Source: Candidatus Velthaea sp. (lineage in GTDB: Bacteria > Vulcanimicrobiota > Vulcanimicrobiia > Vulcanimicrobiales > Vulcanimicrobiaceae). Taken from it: DNA of 20,067 bases. The stretch covers positions 1 through 20,067 of the forward strand of contig JBEKHC010000092.1 in NCBI GenBank assembly GCA_050012475.1, read 5' to 3'. The number at the start of each line of letters is the position of its first letter. Positions within the stretch are counted from its first letter, which is position 1. The notes beneath the pieces were generated by a model. It saw nothing but the letters and a program-made list of their open reading frames with translations, was not told where the DNA came from and made no database searches. Position numbers and translations under genes: made by a program. Positions 17,839 to 20,067 of the stretch are shown here, one piece after another.

Positions 17839-18483
17839 TTAGCGTCGCGTAAAGGGCGCCGCGCTGCACTGAAGCATCGTGTCGACGGCGAATTCGCGGA
17901 GGTTTTTCGGAGTGATCGTCACCGCTCCGCACCAGTCGGTCCGGAAGATCGCGATACGTGCGCGCTGCAACGTGTCGATCGTCGCCGGTGTCGGATGGCC
18001 GAAAAGATTGTGACGGCCGACGGAAATCGCCGCGAAGCGTGGCAGTACGGCACTGATGAAAGATGAAAGCGGGCGTCGAAGCGTACCTCGACCCGTGGTG
18101 ACCGACTTTGAGGAAATCCGCGCGCAGGTCGATGTGATGATCGATCAGCTCGGATTCGCGTGCCATCCCCGCATCGCCCATGAAGAGCGCGGTGAACGGC
18201 TTTCCTTCCCGCGCGTACGTCAAGCGCGCAACGATGCTGTTCTCATTGACGTCGTCGCCCGTGTCGACGAGCGGCACATCCGTCGGCGCGAGAATGTCGA
18301 GCGAAACGCCGTCGTCGGTCGTCCAGTGCCCGCCCCGATGCACGACTCGAATGGGCACGTGCCGTCCCGCAGCGGCGCGCTTGCAGTCGATGTAGGCACG
18401 CCCTCCATAGGACTGGCCCGAGTCGAAGATTTCTCCGACCGTAAATTGCGTGACAACACCCAAGCAGCCGCCGACATGATCGC
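17839..18483 (-). pseudogene. comEC: comEC 3' fragment copy C (MBL domain), 5'-truncated and frameshifted
   Basis: Begins at DHVGG and contains DVNENS, LFMGDAG and LKVGHHGS. After removing the 7-bp duplication (18055-18068) it continues SVGRHNLFGHP...RTDWCGAVTI...TMLQC to TAA at 17839-17841. Confidence 0.9.
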
Positions 18484-18528
18484 ATAAGGGAGTTCATGCA
18501 CAGGAAGGGGGTGGCCGATGTCGATGAC

Positions 18529-18568
18529 TTGACGCGATTTAAGAGCCCGTGTATACTTGCGTATATAC
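18529..18568 (+). promoter_or_regulatory. mazEF promoter with overlapping operator palindrome
   Basis: TTGACG at 18529-18534, a 17-nt spacer and TATACT at 18552-18557. GTGTATAC-N4-GTATATAC at 18549-18568 is a 7/8 inverted repeat. No SD before ATG 18569. Confidence 0.75.
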
Positions 18569-18808
18569 ATGGAATCAGAAACAAAAGTCGCGCGCTACGG
18601 GAATAGCCTATCGGTACGCCTTCCTGTCGGCATAACACGTGAACTTGATCTTCGGGAGGGCGACCGCGTCGTACTTCGCACCGTTGATGCGGGATTGCTG
18701 ATCGAATGTCCCAAGCGTGGTCGTCTCGCGGCGCGGCTGAGCACGGTCCGAGAGCGAGAATCCGAGATCGGTGCCGGTCTTGCCGTCGGTGCCGAGATCG
18801 CCAAGTGA
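18569..18808 (+). CDS. mazE: MazE/AbrB family antitoxin
   Basis: KVARYGNSLSVRLP...L-x-EGD-x-V and an E-x3-G-x-AVGAE C-terminus. GTGA overlap with the toxin. Confidence 0.92.
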   Translation: MESETKVARYGNSLSVRLPVGITRELDLREGDRVVLRTVDAGLLIECPKRGRLAARLSTVRERESEIGAGLAVGAEIAK

Positions 18809-19137
18809 AGGTTCCTGAACGCGGAGATCTCGTCGTTTTGGACTTCGACCCGCAAGCGGGACACGAGCAAATGAAGCGTCGGCCGGCGCTCGTACTCTCG
18901 CCTGCAGCTTTCAATGATGCTTTCGGTCTGGCTTTTGTGGCGCCCATAACGACAAAGCCTAAGGGCCATGCCTTTGAAATTCCGCTTCCCGGCGACTCGC
19001 GTGTCAAGGGTGTCGTCATGGTTCACCAGCTTAAGTCTTTCGATTGGCGCGCGCGTCGCGCCCGGCTGGCGGGGAAGGTGCCGGAAGCCGTCCTTGCGGC
19101 TGCTGTGGAGATCATAAGAGATATCATCGAAGGTTAA
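18805..19137 (+). CDS. mazF: MazF/PemK family endoribonuclease toxin
   Basis: PERGDLVVLDFDPQAGHEQMKRRPALVLSP, PITT and QLKSFDWRAR. Confidence 0.95.
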   Translation: MKVPERGDLVVLDFDPQAGHEQMKRRPALVLSPAAFNDAFGLAFVAPITTKPKGHAFEIPLPGDSRVKGVVMVHQLKSFDWRARRARLAGKVPEAVLAAAVEIIRDIIEG

Positions 19138-19254
19138 CTCACGAGATCGGCAACTCAACTAGCTTTGACAATCATCGCTCAAGAAGGTTCTTAGGTAAGT
19201 CCAAGCACTTAGCCATGGCAGGGCGTACGAATGATCTAACATCCCGAGCCTTGG

Positions 19255-19413
19255 TTATGGGAAGTCCGACAAAAGGCTCGGCTGACCCGATGCGCGCCGC
19301 GAAACTGAAGCACACGGCAGCGCGGTTTCCATCGTCAATTTGTCGGCGCCCTCAGATGCAATCGTTACTGCGCCACACTGATCTGTCCGAACAAGTGAGG
19401 CACCCGGCGCCCT
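19255..19413 (-). pseudogene. comEC: comEC extreme 3' fragment copy B (~50 codons)
   Basis: Minus strand reads RAPGASLVRTDQCGAVTIASEGADKLTMETALPC...stop. It aligns ungapped to copies A and C with the same C-x20-C spacing. Confidence 0.8.
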
Positions 19414-19637
19414 CGGCGGTATACCGCGCGCGGTTTACGCCAAATGCTTGAGTCAGGAGACCACATCGCCCGCCGTCGATCGTGCATCGTTATAATAGAT
19501 GTATATACGCGTGCGGATCAGGCGGCAGCCTTCTCAGCCGCGCGTAGGATGCGCCACCGGTGCCGTAAACGGAATCGCTTGCACTTGACCATGCGGAACG
19601 TTTGAAGTCACTTTGTGTCCCACTACCCTCGGCACAA

Positions 19638-20066
19638 TCATTCGCCGGGCTCGTGTGTACCCGGTAGCAAAGTACAAGATAGCATCGTGTTAACGGACGA
19701 TCTTGAGGCAACCCCAGCCATAATCGCGACTGCTCCGCATCGATCCGTGCGGAAGATCGAAGCATCTGCGTGGCGCAATGTTTTCAGCGTAGCGGCCGCC
19801 GGGTGGCCGAATAGGTTGTGGCGACCGACGGACACGATCGCAAAGCGCGGATGGACGGCCTCAATGAATGCAGCACTCGACGAATACGCTGAACCGTGAT
19901 GCCCGACTTTGAGGATATCGGCGCGAAGATCGACGCCCTGTGCCAACAGGCGTTCTTCGGATTGAAATCCGGCGTCACCCATGAACAGCGCGCGCAATGT
20001 CCCGTACTGCACGAGTACGACAAGCGAGTTCTCGTTGACGTCGTTGGTACCGTCCCGAAACGGAGC
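19638..20066 (-). CDS. comEC: ComEC/Rec2 DNA uptake protein, C-terminal MBL domain (copy A; 5' part outside window)
   Basis: Frame is open from the window edge: DVNENSLV, LFMGDAG, LKVGHHGS, SVGRHNLFGHP and RTDRCGAV, ending at TGA 19638-19640. Whether it is full-length cannot be seen. Confidence 0.9.
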   Translation of the reverse strand, partial: APFRDGTNDVNENSLVVLVQYGTLRALFMGDAGFQSEERLLAQGVDLRADILKVGHHGSAYSSSAAFIEAVHPRFAIVSVGRHNLFGHPAAATLKTLRHADASIFRTDRCGAVAIMAGVASRSSVNTMLSCTLLPGTHEPGE

Positions 20067-20067
20067 C

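Noticed and set aside
18496..18606. 36-aa ORF overlapping the mazEF promoter
   Set aside because: The SD-like sequence is too close to the ATG, the frame overlaps mazE, and no motif is present.
1..20067. Integrase, transposase, integron attC sites, tRNA or rRNA
   Set aside because: No recombinase or DDE motifs in any ORF and no convincing attC or structural RNA pattern, so no mobile_element feature is called.

Overview
GC-rich bacterial window with a mosaic, accessory character. From left to right it holds: a 5'-truncated, probably secreted Pro/Thr-rich protein ending in seven 12-aa repeats; a signal-peptide M1 aminopeptidase; a LacI-regulated sugar/polyol ABC operon with two polyol dehydrogenases and no kinase; EthD, a secreted alpha/beta hydrolase and an ArsR-SRPBCC pair with clear operator palindromes; a haloperoxidase remnant; a VapBC-type TA pair; an SDR; a CPBP/Abi protease; and a MazEF TA pair. 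The most striking structure is at the right end: three diverged, same-strand copies of the 3' end of comEC (metallo-beta-lactamase domain). Copy A runs off the window. Copy B is a ~50-codon tail that the ORF track misses. Copy C starts inside the HxHxDH motif and is frameshifted by a 7-bp duplication. MazEF lies between B and C, and the other cargo lies downstream of C. This suggests repeated gene capture at the comEC 3' end with replacement of the C-terminus, although no integrase or transposase is visible. All homology calls come from motif recognition by eye; no searches were run.
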